Below are positions 52,535 through 62,443 of a stretch of 64,000 bases of DNA, piece by piece. The number at the start of each line of letters is the position of its first letter. Position 1 is the stretch's first letter. Under the pieces are notes generated by a model. That model worked only from the letters and a program-made list of their open reading frames with translations. It ran no database searches and was not told the DNA's origin. Source of the stretch: an uncultured Nitrososphaerales archaeon. GTDB lineage: Archaea > Thermoproteota > Nitrososphaeria > Nitrososphaerales > Nitrososphaeraceae. A program made the translations under genes and the position numbers. The stretch lies in NCBI GenBank assembly GCA_963695855.1, contig CAVOHZ010000010.1, forward strand, positions 672,001-736,000, in the 5' to 3' direction.

Positions 52535-53737
52535 ATGTTAATTGGAATTATTGGGAAAGCGAATGTTGGCAAATCAACTTTTTTTAATGCTTTAACAGAT
52601 CAATCTGTTACGTCAGCAAATTATCCTTTTACCACAATTCAACCAAATATAGGGATTAGTTATCTAAGAAAAAAATGTGTTTGTAGAGAATTTGGTGTTC
52701 AAGATAATCCGATCCACTCAATATGTGTTGATGGGAATAGATTTGTTCCAGTGAAATTAATAGATATAGCTGGTTTAGTTCCAGGAGCTCATTTAGGAAA
52801 AGGACTTGGCAATAAGTTTCTAGATGATGCAAGACAGGCCGATGCATTAGTTCATGTTGTAGATGCTTCTGGATCGACCGACCCCGAGGGACATATAATA
52901 GATATATCCAAGGGAGACCCTCTGTACGATATAAAATTTGTAGAAGAGGAATTTGATCGCTGGCTATTTTCTATAGTTAGCAGAGAATGGAATAAGACTT
53001 CAAGAGATATGATTAGTCAAAAAATGAAAATTGAACAGATACTGACAAAAAAATTGTCGGGTTTGTCTATAAAAATGGACAATATTGTAGAATCCTTGAT
53101 GGAGTTGAATTTAAAGAACAAGAATCCTGATTTGTGGACAGAAGAAGAATTACTATCTTTTGTAAGAATAGTTAGAATGAAATCTAAACCTTTACTTATT
53201 GTTGCCAATAAAATAGACATAAAATCTTCTATGAAAAATATATTGAAGATTAAAAAAGAAATAGACAGAATAGTAATTCCATGTGCTTCAGAAGCAGAAT
53301 TAGCTTTAAGAAGAGGAATGAAAAAGGGACTATGGTATTATTTACCAGGCGATAAGGATTTTCAAATAAAAAAAAAAGACCTCAATGAACAGCAACAAAA
53401 GGCGATATTGATGATTAAATCAATATTGATGGAGAATGGGTCTACCGGAGTCCAGAAAGCCATCAATACTATATGTTTTGATCTCATGAAGATGATTATT
53501 GTTTACCCTGTAGAAGATGATGTTAAATTATCAGACAAAAATGGAAACGTACTTCCACATGCGTTACTAATGCCTAAAGGTGCCACTGCAAAGGATCTTG
53601 CTCAAGCGATACATGCGGATTTGGCAAAGGGGTTTATGTTTGCAATTGATGTTAGAAATAAACAAAGAATAGCAGCAGATTATAAACTGGAGGATAATGA
53701 TGTAATTAAAATAGTTTCATCGACGTCAAGGGGGTAA
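52535..53737 (+). CDS. ychF: YchF/Obg-family ATPase/GTPase with TGS domain
   Basis: GKANVGKST, ANYPFTTI, DIAGLV, NKID and a C-terminal TGS domain. Confidence 0.92.
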   Translation: MLIGIIGKANVGKSTFFNALTDQSVTSANYPFTTIQPNIGISYLRKKCVCREFGVQDNPIHSICVDGNRFVPVKLIDIAGLVPGAHLGKGLGNKFLDDARQADALVHVVDASGSTDPEGHIIDISKGDPLYDIKFVEEEFDRWLFSIVSREWNKTSRDMISQKMKIEQILTKKLSGLSIKMDNIVESLMELNLKNKNPDLWTEEELLSFVRIVRMKSKPLLIVANKIDIKSSMKNILKIKKEIDRIVIPCASEAELALRRGMKKGLWYYLPGDKDFQIKKKDLNEQQQKAILMIKSILMENGSTGVQKAINTICFDLMKMIIVYPVEDDVKLSDKNGNVLPHALLMPKGATAKDLAQAIHADLAKGFMFAIDVRNKQRIAADYKLEDNDVIKIVSSTSRG

Positions 53738-54774
53738 TGAAAATGATTTTTAATGATTCAGGTGAAAAACTAGGTTTAGGAATAGAGAGTACTGCTCACA
53801 CTTTTGGTTGTTCGGTAATAAAATTTAAGGAACCACAAAAAAAAGGCGAGATTCTTTCTGAGGAAAGGGGTATATATAAAGCACCATCTGGCTCGGGCAT
53901 CCATCCGAGAGAAGCCTCAAGACATCACACGAACAAGGCACCAGAAATCTTGAGAAATTGTTTGAAAGAAGCAAAAGTTACTCCTAAAGAACTAGATATC
54001 ATTTCATATTCTGCCGGTCCGGGATTGGGACCGTGCCTAAGAGTAGGAGCGGTTGTAGCAAGAACTCTTTCATCGTTTTATAATAAACCATTAATTCCAG
54101 TCAACCATGCTTTGGGACATATTGAATTAGGAATGATGTTAACTGAATGCAAAGATCCTCTAGTGTTATTGGTTTCTGGAGGCCATACAATGATTTTAGC
54201 ATTCTCAAATAAACGATGGAGAATTTTCGGAGAAACGCTAGATATAACAATAGGACAATTATTGGATCAATTTGGCAGACACATGGGGCTTTCTTCGCCA
54301 TGTGGAAACAAAATAGAGGAATTAGCATGGCAATCATCAGGAGAATACATTCAATTACCGTATTCAGTTAAAGGAAATGATGTTTCTTTTTCGGGCCTTT
54401 TGACTTCTACGAAATCACTTATCACTGAAGGTAAAAATGAATTTGATGTATGTTTTTCCTTGCAAGAAACTGCCTTTGCTATGTTAACAGAAGTAGTTGA
54501 AAGAGCATTATCTTTTACAGGAAAAAAACAGGTGTTAATAGTAGGAGGTGTCTCAGCTAATAAACGCCTACATGATATGTTGGAACAGTCGTCTGAAAGG
54601 CAGAAAGCAGAATTACGATCATGTCCTTTAATTTACTCAGGTGATAATGGATCACAAATTGCATGGATAGGTTTATGCGAGTATCAGACTACAGGAAATA
54701 AAACAGATATCAAAAAATCTTTTGTTAACCAATCGTGGAGACTGGATTCAGTAGACGTTAATTGGAGAACCTAG
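53737..54774 (+). CDS. kae1: KEOPS subunit Kae1 (t6A synthase)
   Basis: GIESTAHT, GIHPREA, HALGHIE, SGGHT and DNG. Confidence 0.96.
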   Translation: MKMIFNDSGEKLGLGIESTAHTFGCSVIKFKEPQKKGEILSEERGIYKAPSGSGIHPREASRHHTNKAPEILRNCLKEAKVTPKELDIISYSAGPGLGPCLRVGAVVARTLSSFYNKPLIPVNHALGHIELGMMLTECKDPLVLLVSGGHTMILAFSNKRWRIFGETLDITIGQLLDQFGRHMGLSSPCGNKIEELAWQSSGEYIQLPYSVKGNDVSFSGLLTSTKSLITEGKNEFDVCFSLQETAFAMLTEVVERALSFTGKKQVLIVGGVSANKRLHDMLEQSSERQKAELRSCPLIYSGDNGSQIAWIGLCEYQTTGNKTDIKKSFVNQSWRLDSVDVNWRT

Positions 54775-54814
54775 AAATATACACAATAAACTAAAAAAAC
54801 ACTTTTATAATTTT

Positions 54815-55144
54815 CTAATATAGTTTATTAGATTTAACTTTTTCAATCTCTTTTGTCCATTTAGAATTACTGAGAACTCCGAATTTATATATCTCATTTT
54901 TTAAGGTGGTAATTACTGCCTTTTTTATGATGAATCCTTCAGCCCTACAATCATCAATTTGATCAAGAGGTAAATCTAAAAGTAATTTGCCCGTTTGTTT
55001 TGAAAGGGTTGCAAGGGTACCTTCAGTTTTTTCAAAAATAATTCGCTGATTTGTAAGCGTAAGTATTCCGTTTTTTAGCCTGTCTTCGGCACAGTCTTCT
55101 TGAAGAATTAATTTCTCTCCTTTTCTAGGTTTTACAGAACTCAC
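54815..55144 (-). CDS. Small PH-like (GRAM/bPH-type) domain protein
   Basis: GILTLTNQRIIF strand motif, LPLDQI and C-terminal helix SKWTKEIE; GTG 55144 preferred as start. Confidence 0.6.
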   Translation of the reverse strand: MSSVKPRKGEKLILQEDCAEDRLKNGILTLTNQRIIFEKTEGTLATLSKQTGKLLLDLPLDQIDDCRAEGFIIKKAVITTLKNEIYKFGVLSNSKWTKEIEKVKSNKLY

Positions 55145-55162
55145 GTTTTTATTATATAGAAT

Positions 55163-55792
55163 ATGCATATATTATCATTGCATCGAAAACTCATTAAGAA
55201 AGGAGCAGAAGCCGATATTTTTTTAATAGCATGGTACGGAAGAAAGGCGATTTCAAAAATTAGAAATCCAAAGCAATATAGGAACAAATATCTTGATGAA
55301 AATATAAGAAAAAAAAGAACATTACATGAAGCCAATATGATAAGTGCAGTTAAGAACGTGGATATAAAAACACCATCTTTGTTATTTTTGGATCCATTAA
55401 AAGCTGAAATAATAATGGAATACATAGATGGACATAATGTCAAGGATATAATGTCAAGTCAATTGGCTTTAGATATTGGAAAATATACGTCCTTATTACA
55501 TAATAATAACATTGTACACGGTGATTTAACTACTTCAAATTTTATAAGATCTGGTAACGATCTTGTAATTATAGATTTTGGATTATCATTTTTTTCTGAG
55601 AGGATTGAAGATAGAGCGGTTGACTTTCGATTAATTAAAGAGATTTTGAGTAGTGCACATATAGAAATATTCGATCAGGCATATCAGAATTTCATAACAG
55701 GATATTCTAACAATACAAATAACGATATGAAAAAAATATTACGAGTAGTAAGTGAAATAGAGAAAAGAGGAAGATATGCAAGAATAAGTTAG
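55163..55792 (+). CDS. bud32: KEOPS kinase/ATPase Bud32 (start uncertain)
   Basis: KGAEA, HGDLTTSN, IDFGL and RGRY. Confidence 0.95.
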   Translation: MHILSLHRKLIKKGAEADIFLIAWYGRKAISKIRNPKQYRNKYLDENIRKKRTLHEANMISAVKNVDIKTPSLLFLDPLKAEIIMEYIDGHNVKDIMSSQLALDIGKYTSLLHNNNIVHGDLTTSNFIRSGNDLVIIDFGLSFFSERIEDRAVDFRLIKEILSSAHIEIFDQAYQNFITGYSNNTNNDMKKILRVVSEIEKRGRYARIS

Positions 55793-55819
55793 ACAAGATT
55801 GTTAAAATTATAATTACTA

Positions 55820-56865
55820 TACTGACTAACCAAATATCGTAGATACATTTTTAGCTAACTATTGTAGATACATATTACATTTGCATTCTCAATTAGATAA
55901 GGCATACAGGCGAGAATCCAATCCAGATGTAAGAGAAAGAATACTTCTTGTCAGACGCGTATTAGAAGATAAACAACATATCGTAAATGTAGCAAAAGAA
56001 TTGCATAGATGTAGAGCATGTGCTTACAAATGGTACAAGAGATATACTGAGGAGGGATTAAAAGGATTAAAAGACAAAACAAAAACTCGCAGACCTCCAT
56101 CAGTACCAAAGGATGTAATGGTAAGGATTAGAAAAGAACTAGCAGAAAGCAATACAGGATGAGATTTTAGACAGGTAATGGATCTGATATACAGAAAGAC
56201 AGGAGTAAGATATCATGAGGTACATATCTACTGTCTATTACACAAATGGGGTTTCAAGTCAAAGGTACCACAGAAAAGATTTCTAAATACTGCTTCGGTA
56301 AAGGACAAAAGCAAATTCAAAAGAGTAAAACAGATTCTTGACAGTTTAAAATCAGACTGGACTGTACTTGTACAGGATGAATCCATATTTGTATACGATT
56401 ATCCGATAAAAGGAAAGAAATGGGTTTCTACAGATAAAAGACCTGTTGTAACTGTAACAGGTTCTCGTAAAAAGAATATTGTATTTGGCTCTCTCTTTAG
56501 ATAGTAAACAGCTATTCAAACAATATGATAAATTTAACAGCAATACATTTGTTGACTACTTAAAACATGTACAGTAAAGATTTGGAAAAATCGTCATATT
56601 TGTTGATAGAGTAACACCACATTGTTCTAAGATAACAGTACAGCATCTCGCACAAAATAAAGATACTATCAGATTAGAATATTTTCCTGTTGGATCTCCA
56701 GAATTCAACGTAGTAGAAGAATGCTGGAGACAAGGAAAATACAAAATACTTTCTACTTACTATGCTATGTTTGATGATCTGAAAGACGTTAATTGTGTTA
56801 TAACAGAACTACAAGATTCAAACTGGATATTGTGAAGTACCTGTTAAGGTCTACGAATTAATGTT
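55820..56865 (+). mobile_element. IS630-family element, inactivated; left TIR present, right TIR absent here
   Basis: HTH (YKWYKRY..EG), LLHKWGF, QDES and SPEFN fragments with in-frame stops; left end TA-CTGACTAAC. Confidence 0.85.
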
Positions 56866-56921
56866 TTTAAATATGTGGAAGACATTCTATGAATAAATTT
56901 CAAAATATAATAAAATTTTTC

Positions 56922-57215
56922 TTAGATCGTTAAATTATAATGTTCTTCTATCTCTCCCTCCATGATGCTTGGGAGCATTTCTTTCAATTTTTCAAAATTA
57001 ACCAGAAATTTATTTCCGCTTTCAGTAATGGTATAATACCTTTTTTCACCGTTTAAAACCTCGTTAATTAAACCACATTTTAATAAAAATTGAATATATA
57101 GCTTACATTGATCGTTACTAAGCATAGCTTTGTACATAACTTTTGTTCGAGTTTCCATCCTTATGCATGATGATAGTATAGCTGCAATAACCTCGTATCG
57201 GCTGCGGTTTTTCAT
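56922..57215 (-). CDS. Winged-helix DNA-binding protein (archaeal HTH_45-like)
   Basis: RSRYEVIAAIL...TKVMYKAMLS...YTITESG. Confidence 0.85.
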   Translation of the reverse strand: MKNRSRYEVIAAILSSCIRMETRTKVMYKAMLSNDQCKLYIQFLLKCGLINEVLNGEKRYYTITESGNKFLVNFEKLKEMLPSIMEGEIEEHYNLTI

Positions 57216-57450
57216 CCATAACTTATAAAGTTTATAATTAATATAACAGATGTGATACTATTAAATAGAACAATATCTTAATTAAATATTAAATATAAAG
57301 TTACTTTTATAACTATTATTCTTTTTGCATAATAGAAATAAATTATACAAATGACTTTATGATTTCTTAAAAATTTCTTTTTTTATAAATTTATATTACA
57401 TTGTAAAGTCAATTCAAGATAATAAAGTTAAGTCAAATTGTCCTGTAAGC

Positions 57451-58463
57451 TGCCTTGTTGCACAACTTGTTCTTCTCAACACATTTAGCTAACCAATTCT
57501 AGTCATATTATGTGAACTGGAGAAATTACAACGAATCTCTTGTTAAACGTGGTGAGGTATTACTGGATTTTGATATTATAGATAACTGGAATACTGAACT
57601 AGAGAAGATGAATAAGGAAAAGGAAGGTAGGAAATTCGTATATCCAGATTCATTTGTCAAGTTATTGGGATACATGAGAGCATACTTTCACTTACCCTAC
57701 AGACAAACTGAAGGAGTAGTAAGAGAACATGCTTCAAACACTTTGCCATCAATTCCAGATTATAGTAACATTAGCAGAAGAATAAATAGACTGGATATCA
57801 AGATTTCTGATGATATAACCAAATCTAACTTGCATGATGATAATTTTGTTATTGCAATTGATTCTACCGGTATAAAGGTATCTAAGAGGGGTGAATGGAT
57901 TAGACACAAGTGGAATGTAAAAAGAGGATATCTAAAGATACATTTAGCAGTCGATATAAAAAAGAAGAGAATTCTATCATTAGATGTTACTAGTGAAGAA
58001 GTACATGATGTAAAAGTACTTCCAAAATTGGTTGATTATATAGCAATAAAACAGAATAAGGTAATAGATACTGCTATCATGGATGGTTCCTATGATAGCA
58101 ACAAGATCTTTCAGTTTCTATCATTTAAAGGCATACAACCAGCAATAAAGGTAAGAAAGAATTCTAGATGCAGAAACAAGACCAATCATTACCTTAGAAA
58201 CAAGATGGTGAAAATGCAGAAGAATGATTTGCAAGAATGGAAAGATAGTGTACGCTATGGACAAAGATGGATGGTAGAATCTGTTTTTTCCTCTATGAAG
58301 AGAATGTTTGGTGAATATGTTACTGCTATCAGGTTAGAGAACATGATAAGAGAGATAATGTTGAAAGCATCGTTGTATAACTGGTTTCAAAGTATAACTG
58401 TTACATAATTATCAATTATATAATAATGAGAACGATTGGTTAAACGAGTTATGCAACAAACCA
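57451..58463 (+). mobile_element. Complete IS5-family insertion sequence with TIRs and 8-bp target-site duplication
   Basis: TIRs TGCCTTGTTGCACAACT / TGGTTTGTTGCATAACT (rc); TSD CTGTAAGC at 57443-57450 and 58464-58471. Confidence 0.93.
57512..58408 (+). CDS. IS5-family DDE transposase (intact)
   Basis: NWRNYNESLVKRG, IDSTGIK, KIHLAVD, DGSYD and YGQRWMVESVFS. Confidence 0.93.
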   Translation: MNWRNYNESLVKRGEVLLDFDIIDNWNTELEKMNKEKEGRKFVYPDSFVKLLGYMRAYFHLPYRQTEGVVREHASNTLPSIPDYSNISRRINRLDIKISDDITKSNLHDDNFVIAIDSTGIKVSKRGEWIRHKWNVKRGYLKIHLAVDIKKKRILSLDVTSEEVHDVKVLPKLVDYIAIKQNKVIDTAIMDGSYDSNKIFQFLSFKGIQPAIKVRKNSRCRNKTNHYLRNKMVKMQKNDLQEWKDSVRYGQRWMVESVFSSMKRMFGEYVTAIRLENMIREIMLKASLYNWFQSITVT

Positions 58464-58520
58464 CTGTAAGCAAATAATTTAAAGTAATAACAAAATGATA
58501 AATTCAAAATATTTGATAAT

Positions 58521-59093
58521 CTATTGTCCGTATTTTCCCTTATACCATGATATAAATTTCTCTAAAGTTAACCTTCTATGCGAAAACTTGTTTTTTTTGT
58601 TTATAATGTATAATCTGCCCATTGACATATTTGAATTTTCGGGAATAAAAATAGGATCGAATCCCCATCCTCCTTTATGAAGTCGCGTAGAGATTTTTCC
58701 ACAAATTTGGCCAGAAAAAAGTGCTATTTCAGTTCCATCATTATAAGCAAAAATCGATCTAAAATAAGCAGATCGATCAGATTCTCCCTTCATTAGTTTC
58801 AGGATTCCTATATTTCCTATTGTAGCAAAACTGTATGACGAATATTGGCCAGGAAAACCCTTTAAAGATTTAATAAACATTCCATCATCTTCTATTATTA
58901 TTGGCTGTTTAACCATATCATAAGCATATCTAGCTTTTTCTAAAGCAATCATCTCGATATCATCAGATTGTATTTCTATAATATGATGCTTATAAAATTG
59001 TAATTTTGTCGAATTTAATCTTTTTTTTAAAATTGATTCCACCTCCAAAAATTTATTTGAATTACTAGTAACAAAAAACAGTAAATTAATCAT
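58521..59093 (-). CDS. rdgB: RdgB/HAM1 non-canonical purine NTP pyrophosphatase
   Basis: TSNSNKF, EDDG, GFPG, GFDPIF and SHR. Confidence 0.93.
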   Translation of the reverse strand: MINLLFFVTSNSNKFLEVESILKKRLNSTKLQFYKHHIIEIQSDDIEMIALEKARYAYDMVKQPIIIEDDGMFIKSLKGFPGQYSSYSFATIGNIGILKLMKGESDRSAYFRSIFAYNDGTEIALFSGQICGKISTRLHKGGWGFDPIFIPENSNMSMGRLYIINKKNKFSHRRLTLEKFISWYKGKYGQ

Positions 59094-59280
59094 ATTCTAT
59101 CTATAAATATTATAAATAAAAATATTTTCAAATGGTATGTAGCATATACAGATTAACATAAATTCGTAAATCTTTGTTATGTTAACAATAACAATTCCAA
59201 GAACATAATATATATTGCATTAAGTAAATTGTAAACCAACCTATGTTAGGTAATATGTACTATTGATTTCTGATATTCTA

Positions 59281-59940
59281 TACTCATTAACATTAATTCG
59301 TAGACCTTAACAGGTACTTCACAATATCCAGTTTGAATCTTGTAGTTCTGTTATAACACAATTAACGTCTTTCAGATCATCAAACATAGCATAGTAAGTA
59401 GAAAGTATTTTGTATTTTCCTTGTCTCCAGCATTCTTCTACTACGTTGAATTCTGGAGATCCAACAGGAAAATATTCTAATCTGATAGTATCTTTATTTT
59501 GTGCGAGATGCTGTACTGTTATCTTAGAACAATGTGGTGTTACTCTATCAACAAATATGACGATTTTTCCAAATCTTTACTGTACATGTTTTAAGTAGTC
59601 AACAAATGTATTGCTGTTAAATTTATCATATTGTTTGAATAGCTGTTTACTATCTAAAGAGAGAGCCAAATACAATATTCTTTTTACGAGAACCTGTTAC
59701 AGTTACAACAGGTCTTTTATCTGTAGAAACCCATTTCTTTCCTTTTATCGGATAATCGTATACAAATATGGATTCATCCTGTACAAGTACAGTCCAGTCT
59801 GATTTTAAACTAATGATCTAATTTACTCTATTCTGAGTTCCCTTTTGTCCTTTACTTAGAAAGTATTGGTAAATCATTATGTAGTTTTTTTGAAGTAAAA
59901 CCTCACTTATGTAATAATCTTTATATCTATACCTAATCAG
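59281..59940 (-). mobile_element. Second IS630 copy, inverted: right TIR, 523 bp matching copy 1, then a diverged 5' relic
   Basis: 59289-59811 is the reverse complement of 56343-56865; end TA-CTCATTAAC; 59812-59940 is a diverged RLLHK*GF segment. Confidence 0.85.
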
Positions 59941-60686
59941 TATATTTATAATATTTGTCCATTAATTTAAAGATAATTTTCACTTTCTTTAACTCGTCTT
60001 TCTTATTCTTTTTGGTGTCATTATATATTAAAATAAGGTTGTATTCTAATACGTACATACAATAGAATACATCCATTCTGACTGTAATGATAGTATTAAT
60101 CAAAATTTTCGTTTCTATCCTTGAGATATTTACTGACTCATTTCATCAAACTTTTATGCAATATAAAATAATAGATAATATTTTAATTCAATCGAATTAC
60201 ATGCTCCATAATACAATGTGTCAACGTCCGCATGTACAATATGTTGTCGATAGTTAGATAGAATGGACCTGACAAAATATTACGGACTAACAATTTTTCC
60301 CCTTACATTCAAAGGACTTTCTTATTGATTGGCTTCATATTAAACCAAAAGACAACCAATAAAGATGATCTCCAATATGAACAATAGTTACATCTCTTAT
60401 GAAATTCTTCTTTTTTAACAGGTGTGAGATGATACAAAGCTGTCAAATTTCTTACATAATCTCTTTTTCATTTCTAATGGTTGTCAAAGCTTTGGTGGTA
60501 TCGCTTAAACTTAATTGTGTATATTGTGTTCTAAATTGAATGACTATAGATAAATAGCATGACCACGTCTAAAACTGATTTGGTCAAATTGACAGAATTT
60601 TTGTAAGAATACTAATATTGCACAAAATTTGTTTCATCATAAACAGAGTTAATATTAGGGAACTAGAATAATTTGTTTTGTTATTA

Positions 60687-60932
60687 ATGAATTATAGTGG
60701 AAGAGGATATGGTAGAGGCGGAGACAATAGAAGGACATTTGGCTCAAGTCCGAAACCAGTTGAAATGGGAAAAGAATACGAAGTGGAAATATCAGAAATA
60801 AGTAATAAAGGAGATGGAATTGCCAGAATCCAAGGATTTGTAATCTTTGTTGTTGGAGGAAAAGTTGGGCAGAATGTGAAGATAAGAATCACCAGTATCG
60901 GAGAAAGATTCGCAAAAGCAGAAGTTGTGTGA
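60687..60932 (+). CDS. Single TRAM domain RNA chaperone
   Basis: PKPVEMGKEYEVEI...GDGIARIQGFVIFV...FAKAEVV with an RGG-rich N-terminus. Confidence 0.92.
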   Translation: MNYSGRGYGRGGDNRRTFGSSPKPVEMGKEYEVEISEISNKGDGIARIQGFVIFVVGGKVGQNVKIRITSIGERFAKAEVV

Positions 60933-60992
60933 ACGTAAATCATTTTATAAAAAATCCACTGTCGGTACAGCACGTTTTAGAAAATAAAAAGA

Positions 60993-61154
60993 TCATTTTT
61001 TACTGGACCTGTAATATTTTTTATCTGGTTTAAATGCCTTACAAGTACAATTGCCAATAAGACACTTCATTTTGTCTTTTGAAGTCCTATCATGATCAAC
61101 TTTTTGGTGTTCACATCTCAAACACTTAACATATAAGTCCAACTCATTGTCCAA
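60993..61154 (-). CDS. Putative 53-aa Cys/His zinc-finger mini-protein
   Basis: TTG start, MDNELDLYVKCLRCEHQKVDHDRTSKDKMKCLIGNCTCKAFKPDKKYYRSSKK. Confidence 0.6.
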   Translation of the reverse strand: MDNELDLYVKCLRCEHQKVDHDRTSKDKMKCLIGNCTCKAFKPDKKYYRSSKK

Positions 61155-61451
61155 ATGGAATTACCATATTATTTAGCAGAATTAACGCATATAAATTCTA
61201 TATTATGAAGAAATAAAAAACGTTCAGCCGCTTCACTGTATTCGAAAAAACAGAAAATTTAACAATAAACACGATAAAAATTTGATAATAATTCGACTGG
61301 CTGATATTAAAAAACTATATTATGAAACAAAATATGTAATTCAGTAAGATCTTTTAAAAAAATGCCTATCTTACCCTAGGACTAGCAGATCTGTAATTTA
61401 TGGAAAAATACTGTGCTTTTGACACAAAGAAATTCAAAAATTTAAGCATTA

Positions 61452-61612
61452 ATTATCGTACGGACCATTTATATCTTGTAAAGGCATTATTCTCAGAATG
61501 TCTACGAGAAACTGGTCCGTGTATAATGATCGCATAGAACGTGGACACGCCTTGATGGATGGTTCCGTGCAAAACAAGATGAGTTTATCTTTGTTAGGTT
61601 TGTTCAAACTGA
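61452..61612 (+). ncRNA. Candidate structured RNA (four consecutive stem-loops)
   Basis: TACGGACCA/TGGTCCGTG, TCTTGTA/TACGAGA and GGCATT/AATGTC nested helices, followed by three more stems; many mismatches are G-U on the + strand. Confidence 0.4.
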
Positions 61613-61654
61613 TTTAATAATTCTCTAAAATGGAGTATACCCAATCATCTAGAT

Positions 61655-62299
61655 TCAGTCGTGATTATGATTGAAATTAAATTCATCTACTATCTGAATA
61701 AGATTATTTATTGATTCAAATCTACCTATTTCATTAAGAGAATGAGCATCGCTACCCAAATGAAATTTCACACCATTTTTTAAAAATATTCTTATCCATT
61801 TCTCAGGGGGTCTACGATATTTTGCATTTAACTCTACAATTTTGTTATTTTCGTTTATGAGCTTACCTATCTCTTCTATTTCGTGATCATATATTTCAAA
61901 ATAATTTTCCGGAGCCAAATGTCCTATTACATCAACATGCTCATTTTTAATAGTTTTTTTGAGGAGCTCTAACCATTTATTTTTATCTTGAAACGTTGTA
62001 TGAAAACTTGCAACAATAAAAAATTTACTTGCAACATTTTCATTGCAATCTATATTTCCATCAGATAAAATTTTTGCCTCAAATCCAGATATTATTTTAA
62101 TTTTATTTTTTTTTTTATATTGTTCTATCTCTTTAATGTAATCACTAATCCATTCAGAGGACCTTCTTACATGTTCTGTAAATGCAATACATTCTAATCC
62201 TATTTTCTCCGCCTCTTCAATAGCATTTTTTATTGTTAAATTAAGATCGGAGTGATCATTATAATTTGTATGGATATGAAAATCTTGTCTAATGTTCAT
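61655..62299 (-). CDS. PHP-domain phosphoesterase
   Basis: DFHIHT, FTEH, ASFH, IGH and GSDAH. Confidence 0.88.
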   Translation of the reverse strand: MNIRQDFHIHTNYNDHSDLNLTIKNAIEEAEKIGLECIAFTEHVRRSSEWISDYIKEIEQYKKKNKIKIISGFEAKILSDGNIDCNENVASKFFIVASFHTTFQDKNKWLELLKKTIKNEHVDVIGHLAPENYFEIYDHEIEEIGKLINENNKIVELNAKYRRPPEKWIRIFLKNGVKFHLGSDAHSLNEIGRFESINNLIQIVDEFNFNHNHD

Positions 62300-62443
62300 A
62301 CAAGCAATTAAATAATTATTTTATAAAAATCTATAATATCAGAAAAACCCAAAAATTTTTATGTAAATATTCGATGCATCACAAATATGTATGATTCATA
62401 ATTAAATGAACATGTAATTTAATTATTACGTATCAATTTAAAT

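Noticed and set aside
56352-59802. Two pairs of identical 62-63 aa ORFs
   Set aside because: Antisense frames of the duplicated IS630 tract
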